From the NCBI RefSeq assembly GCF_963676685.1, contig NC_092350.1, positions 29,946,001 to 30,010,000 of the forward strand: a stretch of 64,000 bases of DNA, read 5' to 3'. Positions 60,916 through 64,000 of this stretch are shown piece by piece. Both the position numbers and the translations under genes were made by a program. The stretch is from Mytilus edulis (Eukaryota). The notes beneath the pieces were generated by a model. The model was not told the origin of the DNA, did no database searches, and worked only from the letters and a program-made list of their open reading frames with translations. Position 1 is the first letter of the stretch; every line of letters begins with the position of its first letter.

Positions 60916-62309
60916 ACAACAAACGCCGAATTTTTGAAAGCCAATGATGTTAAACAACCAACTCAGTTGAAAAGCTTCATGACCAAAAGTACCTAAAAAT
61001 AGACAAATTCATCTCAGGTCAACTTTACCTGACGATGTCCAAACCTCAGTTTCTTTATAATTGCAAAAATTATAAACGGACAAATTTAAAAATGTTTGTT
61101 ATAAATCATGTCAGTACCGAAGAACCGAGTACAAAGCAGATCATACACTCGGATAAATAGTCCAACTGCAGCGGTATCGACCCAGTGCTGTAAGATATTA
61201 AAACAATGCGTTATAAATATAATGCGTTTGAAGTGCTTTTCTGGATAAACTTTCATCAGGAACGGTTAAAGCCGAATATGTGAAAGCCAATAGGAGGAAT
61301 AAGAAATGAAACAATTGAAGAATATTTTTTTTTACAGAAATGATTTGAATATCCAATAGTTTTTAATCATTTATTGATGCATCGCCTTGACCTAGATATT
61401 AAACAACCGTATAGCTTTGCGTCATCATATCAATTATGTTATCATTTACAAGGACATTCGATTTTTATAGTTAAGTGCAAATCATACTTGATTGGACGTG
61501 GGAGTTTTTAAATGTTTAAATTTACATATTGCTTTGATATTACATAACAATATTCGAATTTTTCATCTTGTATTTTACTTTTAGTTCCAAACCATGCAAA
61601 CATGATGAAGCGATTCACATGAAGTATTCCTCAAATGTTTTATTAGACTTTGTATCTTTTTTTGCCCTTATATATTTAGTTGTCAAGCAAAGGTGAATCG
61701 TTAACTCTTTTTTTACGAAAATCTTTTAAACATTCAACAGTTTTGATTCATTCATTGATGTATCGGCTTGATATAGATATTAAAGCAACCGTATAGCTTT
61801 GCATCATCATATCAATTAAGCTATCATTTACATCGACATGCATTTCATAGTCATAGAAAAATGTAGGACAAGCATGGTTAGCAATTTATGGTAATTCGCG
61901 AGGTTAACGTCTCTCGTTTTAAAAAGATACAGAGTGGCGACACGCTTGAAATGCCTAAACTGATTATCCTCGAGGCCCAAAACATAACAAATAGATAATA
62001 AGGTTTTGGCAGTATTTGGCCACGGCTTTATCTTGAATAAAATATAACATATATGATATATAATATGTATTTAAATTGGCAATATTGCTCTGAAATATAT
62101 TTATCAATGTCTGTATTTAATATATATGTAAATTATAATGTGGCTACCGCAAATTATGGCAGACCACTAATATAAATATATTTAAGTAATATGTCTGGTA
62201 CGAGAAGTTGAATGATGAGCCCTGGTAATCAGAGGCTATCATTACTGTTCACTGAATATATGAATGTTAAATCCAGCGCAGCGAAATGTGCTCTGCCAAT
62301 GTCCAACTT

Positions 62310-63410
62310 TTAAAAGTTGTTCACTTTAGACCGCAATCATTTGATATTTTAGACTTTAATTTTACATGTAGTAATTATGATTTAACAATAACTGATTCTT
62401 ATAAATACCTTGGGATCTGGCTTGACGAACACCTTACATTTACAAAAAATACCAAGGAACTAGCAAAATCAGCAAGCCGAGCTTTAGGGGCTGTTTTTGG
62501 ACGTTTTATTTCATCCGGTGGTATGTCATATAAAGTTTATAAAAAATTGTACAACTCAATGGTGGAGCCTATCTTAATGTACGGAAGTGGAATTTGGGGA
62601 ACAAAATCGTTTAGTGTAATAAACTCTGTGCAAAATAAAGCCAGTAAGTACTTTTTATCAGTTGGTAGAAAAACGTCTAATATTTCTACTATGGGCGACT
62701 TAGGATGGACTTCATGTTTGAATAAACAGCGTGTTTCATGCGTTCGGCTTCTGTGTAAACTAACACAAATGGATCAAAGTAGAACTGTATATGATATTTG
62801 GAGTTGGATATCACGTCGACGAAAAGGCTGGAAAACGGAGGTGAACAAGATGGTGAACTTATTGGAAATTAGAAACATTGTTAGTGATGTATCATTAAGT
62901 ACAAAAGTAGTCATGAAAAAAGTCACTGAACAGGTTAACATCTTAAATAATACAGAATGGCAGAGAGAACTTTTTAACGGTCGCGTAAAAGACAATGGAA
63001 ATAAACTTAGAACATTTAGGCAATACAAAGGCAACTGTTCCGTGGAACCGTATGTGTCAAAAATTATTCCACGGTCGTACCGACGTGTAATGGCCCTGTT
63101 TCGTGCAGGATCGCTCCCGTTAGCCATCGAGACTGGAAGATACACCAAGCCGCCAATACCTGTTGAAGACCGTTTATGTGTGTAATGCTCTGACAAAAGT
63201 GTTGAAACTGAGAAACATTTTTTATTGAACTGTTGTCTATATAATGACTTAAGATTTGACCTTTACTCAGAATGTTCACAACATATTAACAATTTTGAAA
63301 ATTTGAATGACGATTTAAAATTTATACAAATCATGAATTGCTCCGTGATTCAGCCATTTTTATGTAAAAGTATTCATAAGTTTTTTATGCAACGTAAATT
63401 ATTTACATAA
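62310..63410 (+). pseudogene. 5'-truncated LINE ORF2 C-terminus (RTE-X-like), RT thumb + CCHC knuckle
   Basis: YKYLGIWLD, ILMYGSGIWG, KLRTF, LAIETGRY...RLCV*C...ETEKHFLLNC with an in-frame stop at 63183-63185. Clade assignment is tentative. Confidence 0.85.
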
Positions 63411-63650
63411 TTTTTAACTATTTTCATGCGACATAAATTTTTTACTTAAATTTTTAACCGTGGACAGTTATTTTAATTCATTGATTTTATTTAAATTATG
63501 CATATCAGTTGATTCCCCCCCCCGCAATATCTTAATGTAAATATTTTCACATATATGTGTGAAGTTTTAGATGTATGCATGTGAAGTTTTAGATGTATGT
63601 AAAGTAAATATTTTTTTACGAAACATTTTTAAATAATTTTACTTAAGTTT

Positions 63651-63934
63651 TAGTCAGCACTTCGGTGTTGACATGAATATCAATTATATGGTCATTTTTA
63701 TAAATTTTCTGTTTACAAAACTTTGAAAAACTAAGGATTTTCTTACCCCAGGAGAAGATTACCTTAGCCGTATTTGGCACAACTTTTTGGAATTTTGGGT
63801 CCTCAATGCTCTTCAACTTTGTATTTATTTGGCTTTTTGAACTATTTTGATCTGCGCGTCACTGATGAGTCTTATGTAGACGAAACGCGCGTCTGGCGTA
63901 TAAAATTATAATCCTGGTAATTTTGATAACTATT
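63651..63934 (+). mobile_element. Hammerhead-ribozyme-bearing repeat (retrozyme-like), best-preserved copy
   Basis: Homologous to the copies at 3725, 10110 and 27226; contains an intact hammerhead. Confidence 0.85.
63856..63899 (+). ncRNA. Type I hammerhead ribozyme
   Basis: Stem I GCGTCA/TGGCGT, core CTGATGA (63862-63868), stem II GTCT/AGAC, GAAA (63882-63885), short palindromic stem III CGCGCG, cleavage triplet GTC (63891-63893). Confidence 0.85.
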
Positions 63935-64000
63935 ATTCATCATGTTGAAAATACTCTAAAATCATAGTTATTAGTTTTTAAAATACAGTATTTCAAGGTA

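Overview
AT-rich eukaryotic genomic DNA; the repeat families and intron style suggest a bivalve mollusc, probably Mytilus-like (inference). One host gene is clear: a 7-coding-exon MBIP (MAP3K12-binding inhibitory protein) on the + strand at about 33.05-47.9 kb. Most of the rest is mobile DNA. (1) A young, full-length 11.1-kb Ty3/Gypsy LTR retrotransposon (13005-24112) with near-identical 1626-bp LTRs, ATAT TSD, tRNA-Leu PBS, intact gag and pol joined by a predicted -1 frameshift (GGGAAAC plus pseudoknot), and an unusual non-env accessory region after pol (C2H2 zinc fingers + charged coiled-coil repeats + unknown domain). (2) A complete, apparently intact 6.5-kb ISL2EU-type (PIF/Harbinger-related) DNA transposon (50732-57262) with convergent, intron-containing THAP-DDE transposase and SAP-SWIM-YqaJ nuclease genes. 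(3) Three truncated LINE fragments. (4) Many MITEs, including a set with CAG...CTG ends and 5-bp TSDs. (5) Several hammerhead-ribozyme-bearing repeats (retrozyme/Penelope-like). (6) Minisatellites and a ~1.5-kb local duplication. All calls are by eye; no database searches were run.
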